A DNA stretch of 64,000 bases, from contig AP026148.1 in the NCBI GenBank assembly GCA_030295235.1, positions 682,001 through 746,000 of the forward strand. The letters run 5' to 3'. The notes under the pieces were generated by a model that worked only from the letters and a program-made list of their open reading frames with translations, was not told where the DNA came from and did no database searches. The first letter of the stretch is position 1. Each line of letters starts with the position of its first letter. A program made the translations under genes and the position numbers. Shown one piece after another: positions 1 to 12,795 of this stretch. The DNA is from Fistulifera solaris (taxonomy: Eukaryota).

Positions 1-289
1 ATCCGGACATCAAAGGTATCTAACTAAAAAATATTATTAACACATTGCAGGCAGCGTCAAGTTCTTTGTTGCGGGGCAATTGTCGCGATGCGATGAGACT
101 TTGAATCTACCTAGTCTAAATCTTTCGACAACACGTTTCCAGTCGTGTTTATGTTGACACCATTTGCAAACGCTGTATGGCACTACGCACTACTGCTAAG
201 GCAGCTGCTTTACGTCCAGCTTGGCTCGACTAGGTCTCTCAACTAACACAGCAAACAGCAAAAAGATCTAAAGGATTACCAGGTAGCGT

Positions 290-1647
290 TTAAAAGCGCC
301 AGCCAACTTTCGTGGCCAAGGCGTGACTGGAAATGAAGCGGTTATTCTTCTCTCGCAATGTGGTGTGTTCGTCGTACATCGGACTGGGATTGCGCAAAAT
401 ATCATGCATAAAGAACCAAGATTTGAGGCCGGCATAGAACATGAAATCGTTCCAGCGGTTGACATCGTCGTCTTCGGTGGTGAACTGAAAGGTATTGCCG
501 ACACCACCGCATCCGACCCAGCGAGAAGCCATCGCGACATTTTTTTCCGAAGTGTTTCGAACGGCATGCCACCACCACGGTGGAACGAACAAGAGATCAC
601 CGGGGTTTACTTCGACCTTGTAAGAGGGTAGCCATTTCATTAAAGGATGCAATTTTTCATTGTAGTCGTCTGGGAAAGGAGGAAATGCGAAAGTGGCAGC
701 TAGGCCAACCGCGGATAAAGGATACAGAAACCAAGTATTTTCCGGATCAATCAAGTACCACGTCTTGGAGCCTTCAAACATGGTGAAGAAATTCCAATTC
801 GAAGCGCAATGCAAGGGCGTTTTGGTTCCATTTTTCCTACAAACATTTGGCAGTATCCTGGTTTCTTCTTCATGTAAGGCGCAAACTGTTTCATGTTGGC
901 AGCAATACCGATTTCGGGGTGTTTGTTATATAATGTCTCGCAGTTGACCAAATAAACGCGAGGATCTTCGACTTCCTTCAGTTTGCCGGCGTAGTCTTTG
1001 CCGATATCGGCCCGCGTTAACATCACCTCTTCTTCGCCATACTTCTTGACAATATTATCAAACGAAAACTCTTCCATCTTATCTTTAGTGATTCCTCGTA
1101 AAATACAGGCCCGAGGATTCTTGACAAACTTCTCGTAGAAGTCTTCCGGTGAACCGTTCTTCCAGTCATACTCGGGCAGTTTCAAGAACTTTTCCATTCC
1201 CTCCGGCTTGTCTCTTTTGCACACGTGAAGTATGTATGCGTGCGTGATATTGTAAACAAGGGAGAGGAAAATACGGAAGCCGCACAAGTAAGAGAGTACC
1301 ACTCCAGGTACACCGAAATTACCCCCGATCGTGCCGTTCAAGAACCAGATGATCTTGAGAATGATTTTGGGGGCATAGCCGATATCCACGGCGTGATCTT
1401 GATCTTTGTTGTAGTGTCCGTTGATTCGTGGGGACAGAAATGGCTTGAGACCGCACCATGATACCAACATATATCGAAGACGAATCATACACTGCAAATA
1501 AACGACATGACGACGAGTGCGATCACCCGGGCTCGGGTTGTCGGGCCACAAGAAGAGCCATACTGTGATTATACCAACCGCAGAAGCTGCTATTACTTCC
1601 TTCTTCTCCAAAAGGAGAGACAGCATCGTGTTGAGATGTTCTATCAT
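290..1647 (-). CDS. JmjC/cupin_8-type Fe(II)/2-oxoglutarate oxygenase with an N-terminal membrane anchor; one frameshift near 832
   Basis: ORFs 751..1719 and 290..814 join if one A is added to an A5 run, giving QMFVGKNGTKTPLHCASNWNFF. JmjC motifs G.K.W.L..P and PGDLLFVPPWWWHAV are present, with a hydrophobic segment near the N-terminus. Confidence 0.8.
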
Positions 1648-1941
1648 GGCTGATTCGTTTTTGTGTGTTGTCCGATTCACTTTGTGTCGTATGAGAAGGT
1701 CTCTATCGGTCCCACTCAAGGTTTTTGAATCGGTAAAAAATGCGGCCCAAATACGAAAATGCGAACAAAGGCGTACATCGCGTGATATTTTTAGACTCCG
1801 AGTAATTGTTGATCAATAGGTGTTATCTTGTCAGAAACAACGATTGGAGTGTTAGCAGTTAAGTAGTGCCGGCGTTTCATAAAGTTTACTATTTACAAGA
1901 TCGATAAATTTAGCACGATGCGTCGTTACGTATAGACACCC

Positions 1942-2022
1942 GGGAAGGACGTTAAAATTCTGCCTCCCAGTACAAGATTCTACGTAGCGTCCACGACGAG
2001 GCAGAATTTTAACGCCGTTCCC
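1942..2022. repeat. 81-bp hairpin element (MITE-like), copy 1
   Basis: 25-bp inverted arms at 1942-1966 and 1998-2022 (2 mismatches) around a 31-nt loop. A near-identical inverted copy lies at 45391-45471. Confidence 0.9.
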
Positions 2023-2258
2023 CGCTAAAACGAATCTGAGCCATAATGATAACTCACAAATAATCGAGAAGAGTATTCATCGCAGCGGGTCGGAGACGGA
2101 GTACGGACGGACCGCTAGTTTAAAATACGTAGTACGCACGAAAACGCGACACGAAAGACACGAAGCAGGTGGAACTTTCGACGAGAACGTTTTCTGACAA
2201 GCAGGAAGCAATTACAAGGCATTCGTTTCAACCACAAAGACATAGGTACCTTAGCATC

Positions 2259-3057
2259 ATGAGAAATGTCTTTATTATCCTACTGTCTTTCCCTTTCGCG
2301 GGCGCTTGGATATCTTCCGGAAATATTGTTCGTTCAACACAGAAATCTCGACTCATGACTTACGCATTGGTTCCTCAGACCATCCTTGTTGCCGATATAC
2401 ACGCCGTAAGTCAAGCCGGAATCATCTATTCCGACGCTTTTGCTTATATCCAATCCGTATACCCGGCCGCCTTGCTTTCACACCGAAACGCCGCCAGTCG
2501 AACCGATGGTTATTGGCCGTACCTTGCGCAGGGCATCGAGCCGCCCCGGTCACTCACGTATGGAGAATTCGACTTTTATTTCTTTGCGGAGCTGTTGGAT
2601 CGTGCCTTATTGCTAAGTTCACGTGAGAGTTGGCGGGATACCGTCTTTTGTGATGTGGGTAGTGGAACTGGTAGGCTCGTCTTGGCGGCGCATCAATTGC
2701 ATGACTGGAAAGAATGTCGTGTTACCTCAAGTGCATCGAGAAGCGGAACGCAAGTTACAAGAGTGTGATGGTATTACATTGATTTGTGGCTCGCTTGAAG
2801 ACAACGACAATCTCAAGAATGCGGACTGCATCTTCGCCTTTTCGAGCTGCTTCACACCAGAAACGATGGAAAGCTTAGGTAATGCTGTCGGGAAGCAATG
2901 TAGCTCGGGAACCATGGTTATTACTACAGACTATATGCTTCCCTTGGAAGGTCCCGACTATTTGCTTCGATTGGTCGAACAACGGAGTGGTTGGTGTTGG
3001 TTGACGGGTGGCCAGAGTACTGCCTTTCTTCACCAAGTTGTGCGATCTTCTTCTTGA
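2259..3057 (+). CDS. SAM-dependent methyltransferase (DOT1-like fold), probably plastid-targeted; frame break near 2720
   Basis: LTYGEF and motif I DVGSGTGRLV. Signal peptide ends AGA|W. The C-terminal half is in ORF 2623..3057. Confidence 0.75.
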
Positions 3058-3141
3058 ATAACTTTGGGGCTCAAAAGAAGACAACGTTCACATTGACAAA
3101 ATTGGGGTTGACAGCTAAATAATTGTATTGAACGTTGATTG

Positions 3142-4607
3142 TTACTGTTGCTGTTCATCATCGTCTTTTTCGTTCTCGTTTTCCGTCATATTGGCCAAGC
3201 ATATGGACGAAGAAGTTGTTTTCTTCCGCGACAACATTTTAATGTCCTTGATGGTTTCTCGAGGGACTGTACTACTCCACAGAGCATCTTGAAAATTCAT
3301 GGGTTGCGGCAGCGTTTCGGGTGGTCGATACAAATACTGTGTTTCGGACGTTTCCACCACTCGCGTGGTGGTCGTTTGGTGGGGGAAGCTACGGGGCAGG
3401 TATTCCTTGTACGTGAACGTGTAACTGTGCGCAATCGCAAAATGACCATTTCAATCACCACACAATAATCGATCAATCCATTCGCCACTTCTTCCGATGT
3501 CCACGAACCTAGATGATCAATGATCCCGTGTGCTTTCAAATAAAAGATAATGACACCTTGCCACCAACAGAAAAAGACAATGCCCTTAACGCAGATGAAT
3601 TTTCCCAACGGTCGCCAATTGATGGGATGCCGCAATTCGGCTTCGACGGCATGATACAGCATGACGAGACAATACAAAGCGTACATGACACTGAGATTTT
3701 GCAAAAAACACAAATAAGGGTACGCCACGAGCCATTCGAATTTGCCTTCCCCGTACACATTCGCCGACTCGCACAAGAACGTCAATAATGTGGCAATGCA
3801 TTTGATGACAACATATTGCAAGACGCCGTGTTTGCATTGGAGTGTGAATTCTTCACCCAACTCCCAGGGCTCTAAAATCAGACTGAGCGGAAACGAGTGT
3901 TTGCCGAGTTGCGGATCCTTGTGTCGCAACAATTCCGTCAGCGCGTCTTGTCCACCCAGTAACGCCATGAGGTAGTAAACGAAGGAAGCAATCACGTAGG
4001 CTTCATAGAAATCGCGGACGGAATCAATGTAAATACGGGATTTGTGATAGCGCAAACTGAGATAGGATTGCATGGCATAAAGGGGCACCATCCATAGAAT
4101 GCGCACGACATATTTTTGAACTTCGGGCATGTACCAATGCGTCAAATGCAAATACACCAAGCGCACCGACAAGATGATGGTTCCAATGACCATAATCCAG
4201 GCCGAATTGAACGCCGCGGTATCGACCTTCTTGTCCGAAAGAGCCCGGTACAAGACAATCGGCAAAAGTATCAACATGACAATCACGGTAACGTAGGCTA
4301 TATAATTTCCAAAGCGTCGAATGAATTCTCGTATTTGTTTACGATAAGTCGTCGGTGCATGGGTTTGTGAGGGTAATTCATCATTATTGTTTGGAAGAAA
4401 CGAATGACGCTCGTCTTCGATATTATTGTTGTCGTTGTTGTTGTTATTATTGTACGCAAGATTCGAATGCAATGCATCTTCGGAGCCATTGTGAACTGTT
4501 GTAGTCACCGTTCGAACGGTTCTCCGCAGAACTCGTAACCCTTCCAGCAGCGACAATTTAAAATTGCTGCTGTTGCTACTCGAGGACGAGTACGGATCGT
4601 TTTCCAT
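3142..4607 (-). CDS. TMEM184/OST-alpha family multi-pass membrane protein; frameshift near 3440
   Basis: QKYVVRILWMVPLYA, RDFYEAYVIASF, CKHGVLQYV and KFICVKGIVFFCWWQ. One extra T restores IEMVIFAIAHSYTF. Confidence 0.9.
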
Positions 4608-5027
4608 CCTCAAAATGATGATTGATTGTTTGGATAAAGATATAAGTCGTGATCCTTTTGAACGACAGAAAATAATCAAGGGGCCAGAAAACAGCTCCGT
4701 CGCTCTTTTTTGCCTTTCAAGATGCTTATTGAATTCAGACACAACGAACTGAATACTTTTGAAAACAAGCAGTATCACCAAGATCCGGACGTTCACGATG
4801 AAGAAAATGGCATTAATTAACAACGATTGAATGGCTTTTTTTCATCGTGCCGCGCAATTCGTGCGGGCGGCCTATCGTTATCTCTTGTCGCTCTACCTGG
4901 TAAGGTTACCGTTCCAGTTTCAACGGTTGCTAATCATTGGGTGACGTTGGTGACGCCTTATACGCGACTCGCAGTACCGGTACCGTACCCGTACCTGGTA
5001 TTGAAGGTGTTGCCTCACCATTCACAC

Positions 5028-5048
5028 GACTGGAATTCAGTCATGAGT
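5028..5048 (+). promoter_or_regulatory. Recurrent 21-bp intergenic motif GACTGGATTTCAGTCATGAGT (copy with 1 mismatch)
   Basis: Lies between the divergent TMEM184 and PPTase genes. Other copies at 8226, 16253, 35010 and 36784. Regulatory role is inferred. Confidence 0.55.
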
Positions 5049-5406
5049 ATGCATCGATTGTCTCGTGTTTTAGGAGACGTTCCGTCGCTATCTTTGCCAA
5101 GAATGGGTTGTGATATAAGCTAATGTAAATAGCCACAGATACATTGTATTTGTCGATTCATTACGTCAATTTAACCCCCCTGGATGACAAACAACTTTGG
5201 TGGGTGAGAAAGATGACGTCGACTTGTACAACTTTGTCTATACTTTGTAGAGAAGTGTTTTCGTGGGAGACGTAACAGCAAAACGCATAAAAAAATCGCC
5301 ACAAGTCGACTTTGTTTAGGTACAAAGTATTCGCCTCGAACGTTCCGTGTTGTTTTCGAAATTAGCATTTTTGCTCCTAGTTGACTACTAAAAATAGTAA
5401 GAATAC

Positions 5407-6404
5407 ATGAAAGGAAATTCTGGAGTATTACCGCGCTGGACAAGTGGCGGAGTTGTTATCTCGATCCTGATGATAATGATAATGATGATGATTCGCCGTG
5501 TCGACGCCTGGACGCACTCTTCGTCTCGGCAACTTCTTTGCCGGTCAACCTCCCTGTATCTAGAATCGTCTCTGCATACAGTCTCCTCGACAGACTCATC
5601 GATCGACTGTACGAGCAAACTTTGGGATGAGGAGCTCCCCGTCGGTGCTCGATGTGTCGCTCTACAGTTGCAACAGTTGCAAGAGACAAATCAAAAGAAT
5701 TGGATACCCCCAGGTTTGCATCCCCTTGAACTTGAATACGGCCTCCAATTGACCTCTTTCAAAACTCGAAATTCGTTCTTTCTGGGACGACTTGCTTTGC
5801 GACAAGTTTTGGATACGACGGAACCGATTTTGAAGGATGCGTACGGACGTCCGCGTCTTCCGGCAGGATACGTGGCTTCGATCAGTCACAAGGGCAACGT
5901 GGGTGTGGTGGCACTTTACAACCACCGATGCTGGGGAGTATCGGTGTAGATCTCGAATACAGTCAAGGGAATCCAAATGTGGCTCGCAAAGTATTGACAC
6001 CCCGCGAACAAGAGTGTCTGGGACGAATATCGGTAGGTACCAACCAGGAGGATGATTTGTTTCTTGCGATGAGACGAGTGAATGTATGCTTGACTCACGC
6101 TCGTTCGACGCGGCATCAAACTTGCTATAGACAGTCACACCAGAAGAAGAAGTACTGTTACGTTTCAGTATGAAAGAAAGCTTGTACAAAGCCATGCATC
6201 CTTATCTGTGTCATTATGTCGGATTTCAGCAAGTGGAGGTTCAACCCACAACCGATGGAAGAGGAGAAGTCCAACTGTTGTTTCCAAATGCGACGCAATT
6301 GAGTGATGTGCAAATCTATTGGCAGCGGATGGGGCCCTACTTTTGAGTAGTTGTCGTGTGCTACCAGTGAGTCCGTCCATGGGGAAAGAAAATAGGAATG
6401 AATG
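5407..6404 (+). CDS. 4'-phosphopantetheinyl transferase (EntD/Sfp-like); one intron ending at 6130, plus frameshifts; 3' end approximate
   Basis: ILKDAYGRPRLP..ASISHK, IGVDLE, KVLTPREQ and, after the intron, LLRFSMKESLYKAMHP. Confidence 0.8.
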
Positions 6405-6453
6405 AAAGGCTATCTCTCTCTCTCTACGCTTCGTTTCTATCAGAATAAAAAAG

Positions 6454-8095
6454 CTATACACGAAATCTGAGATCCTTCTCCGGATACCACCAGCCGTGAA
6501 AATCCATCGCACTGCGTTGTCCAGTCCATACTTTGCACAAAACCTTCATTGTTCGGGCATCCAACATTAACAGCGCTGTTTCTCGCCGCTTACCATCGTA
6601 TATTTGACTTAACAATATGCCATCATCTTCACTCTTATTGCCAAGTGGCACAAACACGGGTTCGGACGGATAGACGGACTCTTCTCGGAAATAGGCCGCG
6701 ATACGTTTCTTCTCATTGGACTGGTCCGGTTCATATTTGATCAAGCCCCATGCATCGTACTCGTCACTGCAGCCAAAGTACGTACCATACGCGTACACGT
6801 ACCGGGGATTTCCCGGCTGTCGGGAATAGCGCGTCGTCGGCAATTCAAATCCTTGTCCGCTGGTCGGAATCCAACGGACTTGAACCTGTTGCGTTGCCAT
6901 AGTACAGATCACATCACAAAAGTTCCTCCTCGTGAAATTCGGTTTCTTGCTTCTCGACTGTTTTGACATTGCTCCAATCGCATGAAATGATTTTCGGAAG
7001 TGATAATGTCGGGCGTACGATACGCGCACAGTCGGATTCGAACACTGTCCTTCTCGGTGGTTGCCGAAACGGTATGATAGAAAAAGATTTTTTCTTCGAT
7101 TGTTTGGTCCACGACGATTTGTTGTGTTTCCAAATCCCATACGAGTATTCGCGTTGTATCCGTCTCCTTCATGGAACGAAGGAATCCGTCGGTGACCATT
7201 TTACGGACATCTTGCACATTGATGCGCAACGTTTGTACCACGACAATGGCATGACGATCGGTCAATCCAAAGGAATGAACGTAGGGGACACCATCGGGCG
7301 ATGGTACTGACGCCACGGCCGTACGGACGCCCTTTGTTCGTGCACCAAGACGAGATGGGGACCTGCCGTTGTCAAAGTGACGGCGACGTTGTACGTTACG
7401 CTCGGATCGGTCCAGGAATACGCCGGATGCGCCGTTTCCAAGAATTCGTACTGCAGTCGTGGCCCCTTTTGCAATGGAGACGCCGTGGCGGACGACGATA
7501 GAGTGTCGAGCGTGTCGGGATGAATTTGCGAACGCGGCGGTGCATCTGTAATAGTCGTGATGGGACCCTGTGAATCATATTGCCACACATTGACGCAGGT
7601 GTTATCAAAGGTCACCGAATGATAAATCGCTTGCGCTATCTGCCACCACGTTCCTTCGAGACGTTTCTTGTCGCGCAATAACCTCCCGGTAGAAATTGTA
7701 GGGACTAATCGAGATTTCTCTTTCACTTTTTTGTAAAAGTTCGTTTGCACAAATTTGGTTTGAAAGGAAACATGTTGACCATCCCAACGATATCCGGATA
7801 ATTTCGCCAATCCATCGAAAATGTGCGAATACTGTGTGTGTTTACCGATTTCCCACAATCCGGCACCATTGCGAATCAATATTCCCGACGGTAAATCTGG
7901 TGGGAAAGTGCCTTCGATCTCGGTCAATTTCTTCCATTCGTTGATTTCGTCGGGTGCACTCGTAATCCAATCGACGAAATTCACGTCTTTGTGATGATGA
8001 TTGGTTTGCTGGAACGTTGTGGGCAAAGTAAATCCCCCAACACACCTACTAACACTTATCATCAAAAACGAAAGAAGTAATAGTCGTTGCATCAT
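6454..8095 (-). CDS. Carotenoid cleavage oxygenase (CCD/RPE65 family), probably plastid-targeted; frameshifts near 7318 and 6918
   Basis: HIFDG, ETAHP, YVHSF, FYHT, FELP, SEPVFVP..EDDG and DFHGWW; all four Fe-binding His are present. Signal peptide ends VGG|F. Confidence 0.9.
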
Positions 8096-8225
8096 TTATA
8101 TAAAGAATGAACAAGCAACCAGGAATTAGGACTAAGGGAAATAGAATAGAATGAGAAAGGACGAGTGCGAGTCAGTCGTCGTCATCATCAAGCGTTCGCC
8201 AAAGATAGTACTACGTATGTATCAA

Positions 8226-8247
8226 ACTCATGACTCAAAATCCAGTC
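8226..8247 (-). promoter_or_regulatory. Recurrent intergenic motif copy (ACTCATGACTCAAAATCCAGTC)
   Basis: Reverse complement of the 21-bp motif with one insertion, about 130 bp upstream of the CCD start codon. Confidence 0.5.
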
Positions 8248-8588
8248 TTTCGACGTTGACAGACAATTATTACTACTTTATTTCATGTTTGGACGACGAA
8301 TGAAATAAATAGAAAGCAAATAATTATTTTTCACCAAGTGTGTTTCACAAAGATTGCCATGATGCATACGAAACGAAATCGTCAGGCTTTTCGATGTGGA
8401 GGGAACGGTTCATGACGTTTGAACGACAATCGAGATGGTTCATCATTATTGATTTGAAAAGTAAAACAAAAATGGAAAGAGAGTTGCAAGCAAGAATACT
8501 TGTAAATGCGAAGATCGTGACTCACAAAAGAAATCCGATCGCGGCAAACGTCACAAACATTTTGCAGCCTATACCCGGTGGATTATTA

Positions 8589-11500
8589 TTATTTTCGAAA
8601 GTAAAACAGCAGATACGTGGATCCATTTTCCAAGACTTGTTTCGCCTCACATTGACTCACATGTTGGTCATTAATGGCAAACCACTGATTATGAACTTTG
8701 ACACTGGCCGTGTAATGTCCCGACGTCAGCGTTCCGTAATGATTGACGGTGCCCATTAAATCGTACGAAATGTCGGGAGTCGCTCCACCGCTGTCGTTGT
8801 CGTCGTCGTCGTCCACTTGGCGGGCTTCACACCAGTGCGGCAAATAAATTCCCATGTTCAAATGGCGTTCGGGAAAGGACACGGAATCTTCAATCTTACG
8901 ACTGTTATCAAACCGCTTCAAATGCAAAACCAACAAACGGGGCAGTCGACGTATCACGTGTTGTTGTTTGGTAACCGTTTTCTTGTGGCAGACAGGACAG
9001 TCCACTGGATCGGCTAATGTTTCCAATGATGTGAAATTCTTGAGGCACGATTCGACCGAAAGTTTCGATGGTTGACGTTCGACCTCCTTCGATAAAGGCA
9101 GTGAGATACTCATGAACGATTCTGTTTGAGATCGCTTGTTACGACACTCCTGGCAGATCAAAACAGACCGGAAACTACCGTCAAACAGGCTTTTGACTAG
9201 ACCAGTCTCCTTCACTTTTCCATCCACCTCGCTTTGTCCTAATGCCTGACGGATGCTGGTGTGAAATTCATTGTCGCTAATCACCCAAATACTTAGAGAA
9301 TGTGACGACAATTTGTACAATCACCAACCTCACGTACCTTTTGGACAAGCCATCGAGAAATCCGTGTAAAAATTCGTGTGCATCGCGTTGTTCGTAACCC
9401 GCAAGATGAGTCAAACCGGGACATTTCCAAGTTGTTAAAAGCATTTCGGATCCCACTAGTGGATACCCAAGCTGCCGCTGCTGCTGCTGTTCGATGACGT
9501 CTCCTTGTTTCGCTTCTAACAAATCCAAAGCATTCACTCCTCGAGCACTCCCGAAATAGTGTAGCACCAAACGATCCATGGCACAAGCGACACACACGGG
9601 AGATCTTCGTGAACGATGTTCTTGACATGTAGCAAACGGATGCTGAAAATCTTCCAGAAAGTATTTTTGAACGAAAGGGCATGCTATGAGGCATTGAAGT
9701 ACGGAACTCTGATAGCAAGTATTGCCTAAGTTGAACATTCCGACGGGAGCAGGTGCAAAATACCGTCTTTTGGGTCCCAATGTCCGCTGCTCCTCGGCAA
9801 AGTTACGCATCGACCCGGAAACTTCCGGTGCCAAGGACTCGACTTCTCCGTGAAACAAAATTTGTCGTTGCCGACACGCCCGGGCACCTCGCACGTGCGC
9901 ATCCGGGACGATAGAAGGATATGTGGCATACATGCCCCTCCAAAAGATTCCTTGATCGGGAATGTGAATGAACCGATAAGCATCGAACGAACGTTGAACT
10001 GGATGCTCTTTCCACGACAACCAAGGTAAATGGATGGAAAGGTCAATACGTTCTTTTTCTGCATCAAAGATTTCGTGCTGCACGAAATCTCCACACCTCA
10101 AAACAGTAGACTTTGGCCTGGTGGTCACATGTAACGGCTGTAGCACACAAGATAGAATACGCAGTTAGAAAAAGAAAAAGTGCGCCACCCGCCCGTAATC
10201 AAATACGTACCAAAATTATGATTCGATTCCAAATTGTGGCGCAACATGTGCTGCAACCGATCAGGACCGCAAGCCGCGACCGAACACTGCAAGCATTGCA
10301 TCAAACCCTCATCGGTGTTGCATTCCTGACACATTCTTCCGGAAAAGATACATCCTCTTCCATCGCACCAAACAGAGTCAGCTTCGGCTTTTCCTTCCGC
10401 AGCCAATAACTCAGACGACTCTGTCGATACTGCTCCATCCACATTTGCGTTTGACGCCGGGCACGATCTTGTTCGGCTTGATACACCGCCGGGTCGTGTA
10501 TTTTGTGCAAATACGGACGATGATCTCTCCACGCCATCATGTACTGCAATGCCATGGGCTTTGAATCCGATTTGCGCTTCTTTTTGGACGACAATGCGTC
10601 CCCCATGCGTTTCGACAAAAAGGCGGTGCGGAGCTTTTCAATGTGGGATTCCTGCGTATGCAAATTCCAATATCGATTCTCGTCCAAGAGTCGTTCGGGC
10701 GTTTTGTATGTGTGTACAGGCGTTTCATTTGTTTTGGCTTCGGGTGCTTCCGCCCTGGGGGTATCTTCGACTACCGTCGAAGACACTTGAGGCGGTGGAT
10801 CAGTCTCGACCAATTCTTTTGCTTCAACGGATGCTGATTTCACAGTCTCCGGTTCTACTAAAATTTCGGAATCTACTGGAAGATTTTTCGGATCTTGATG
10901 TGTCGATTCAACCGCGGTCGGCGAATGCTGTTCCGCAGCTTCTTCTAGTTTCACTGGTTCCGTTGACAAGGATGGATTGCTTGGCAATGTTTCGACACCG
11001 ACAACTTTCTCCGTGTGACTCATTTCAGTCGCTTCTACCACAGCCGGCCTTGGTAGCGGAGGCCCCATAGTCGTAGTAGAGCCTTCTGGTAGCGAATCAT
11101 CGGAACGATGCGGGTGTTCCCCGTGCCTTCGGGCACTACCAAAGCTATTGTTTCTTTGTTGCTGGTCGTCGTTTCCTCACAATCCCGTTCATGCTGATGC
11201 AACTCATTCCAATCCCGCGTATACGGATGATGCACATCGGTAAAACCCCGCATTTGCAAGACCGTCCGCCGTTCTTGTTCTTCTCCGTACAAAATGGGCA
11301 TATCACGCACGGCCCGAAATTCTTCACTGCCCTGAAATTGGGTTCCCAAATGCAAGGCGTGGACCGGATTTTGTATCATCCAGTGATTCGGGAGTGTTGT
11401 GCTTTGTGCTAATTCGAGCGATAACGTGTACGGCAAACATTCTAACAAATGCGGGCATTGTGGCGGAGTATCCGGTTGTGTCAACGAAGCTTCCGCGCGT

Positions 11501-11598
11501 TGTAAAATGACTTCATAATCGGGAAATTCTTCTTCCAAAATGACTTTGCGCTTGTTCTTTGTCGTGCTATCGACTGATACGGATTGATTGCTATTCAT
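8589..11598 (-). CDS. USP22/Ubp8-like ubiquitin C-terminal hydrolase (ZnF-UBP plus peptidase C19) with a long N-terminal extension; introns and frameshifts
   Basis: Cys box GMFNLGNTCYQSSVLQCL, QRDAHEFL, His box HYGTLTSGHY..ND and ZnF CLQCSVAAC..HMLRH. ORFs 11035..11685, 10301..11068, 10125..10532, 9277..10146 and 8589..9320 chain together. Confidence 0.85.
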
Positions 11599-12219
11599 GG
11601 TAAAGTTCCTGATAGAATTAGTGTGTGTTGTCGATGCCTTTGTTGTTGTAAAATGGAAGTACATAATATTATGTACATGCAACAAAAAAAATCAAAATGC
11701 GCTGCTGCGATCTACAGGGCCAGTCGGGACTCAAATGCAGTCCGGGCCATATCGATCCAATAGTTTCACAGTTTAGTTTCCAAGCCAAACGAAATCAATC
11801 TATAAGTCAACACATCTTCATAAAAAGACGTATTTATTCAAATTTATTTATATCCTACAACTATCTCTTTCTACGTAATATGTTTCATTCATTAGCCCAA
11901 TGACACTGTCGTGAACAACTTTATTCGCAAGCTGAAGTTTTGTCGCGTCATATATTTTACCCGATGGACCCTTTTCTTGATGCAATTCCTAGATCCGGTA
12001 ACGGAGTAACAACCCAAATAGTTCAGGTGAACTGGCTACAATGTTGGTTGTTTGGAGCATTTGAATGGTGCACGAGAACTGGTTACAATGTTGATCGTTT
12101 GGAACATTTCAATGGTGCAGCGAATCTATATGGATTATTATTAGTTAGAATATCATCACAAACGACATGAAGTATTGATGGTACAACAAAGAGTGTTCCG
12201 GAGTGAGTGATGCAACGTC

Positions 12220-12795
12220 TCAAAACAGCAATAAGCAAACAATCACAAAGGACCCCAGAATGAGTAATATGCGTGACAGATATTCGGTCGCATGTAGTTC
12301 CGAGGTCGAGTAGTCGTAGGGAGGATGGTACAAATGGTACAGCCGTGCCAAAGGCCGGGAAGGTCGTAACTCATCATCTCGTATCATGGGATCCGGAATC
12401 GTACGGGGACGACTGGGACGGGCCGGTATACGGCGCTGTCGTAACACAGAATCGTCCTTGCCCTCCTTTTCCGCACAAGGTGTGTAGGTTGTTGTATCAT
12501 TATTTAAGGTCTTTTGTTGCTCGACTAAAGCATAAATGGGAATCACGGTCGGTACCGCACACGGTGCCTTGCAAACGGGACAAACACGACGACTCTCGTC
12601 GACATCGAGCGAACCTCCCAGCAGTCGTTCTCCGGGTAACATGCCCGGTTCGAGCCATCGATACAAACAAGGCCAACAATAGAGATGGCCGCATTGTGTT
12701 ACGACCGGTTCAATGACAGAATCAAGGCAGATATTGCATTGAAAGCGGTATAGTGAGTTGTTGTCCTGGCAACGACTGCTCGTTGTTGAAGTCAT
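12220..12795 (-). CDS. RING-HC E3 ubiquitin ligase, RNF5/RNF185/RMA1 type
   Basis: FQCNICLD..PVVTQCGHLYCWPCLYRWL...CPVCKA..VIPIY, with a C-terminal transmembrane tail. Confidence 0.9.
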   Translation of the reverse strand: MTSTTSSRCQDNNSLYRFQCNICLDSVIEPVVTQCGHLYCWPCLYRWLEPGMLPGERLLGGSLDVDESRRVCPVCKAPCAVPTVIPIYALVEQQKTLNNDTTTYTPCAEKEGKDDSVLRQRRIPARPSRPRTIPDPMIRDDELRPSRPLARLYHLYHPPYDYSTSELHATEYLSRILLILGSFVIVCLLLF

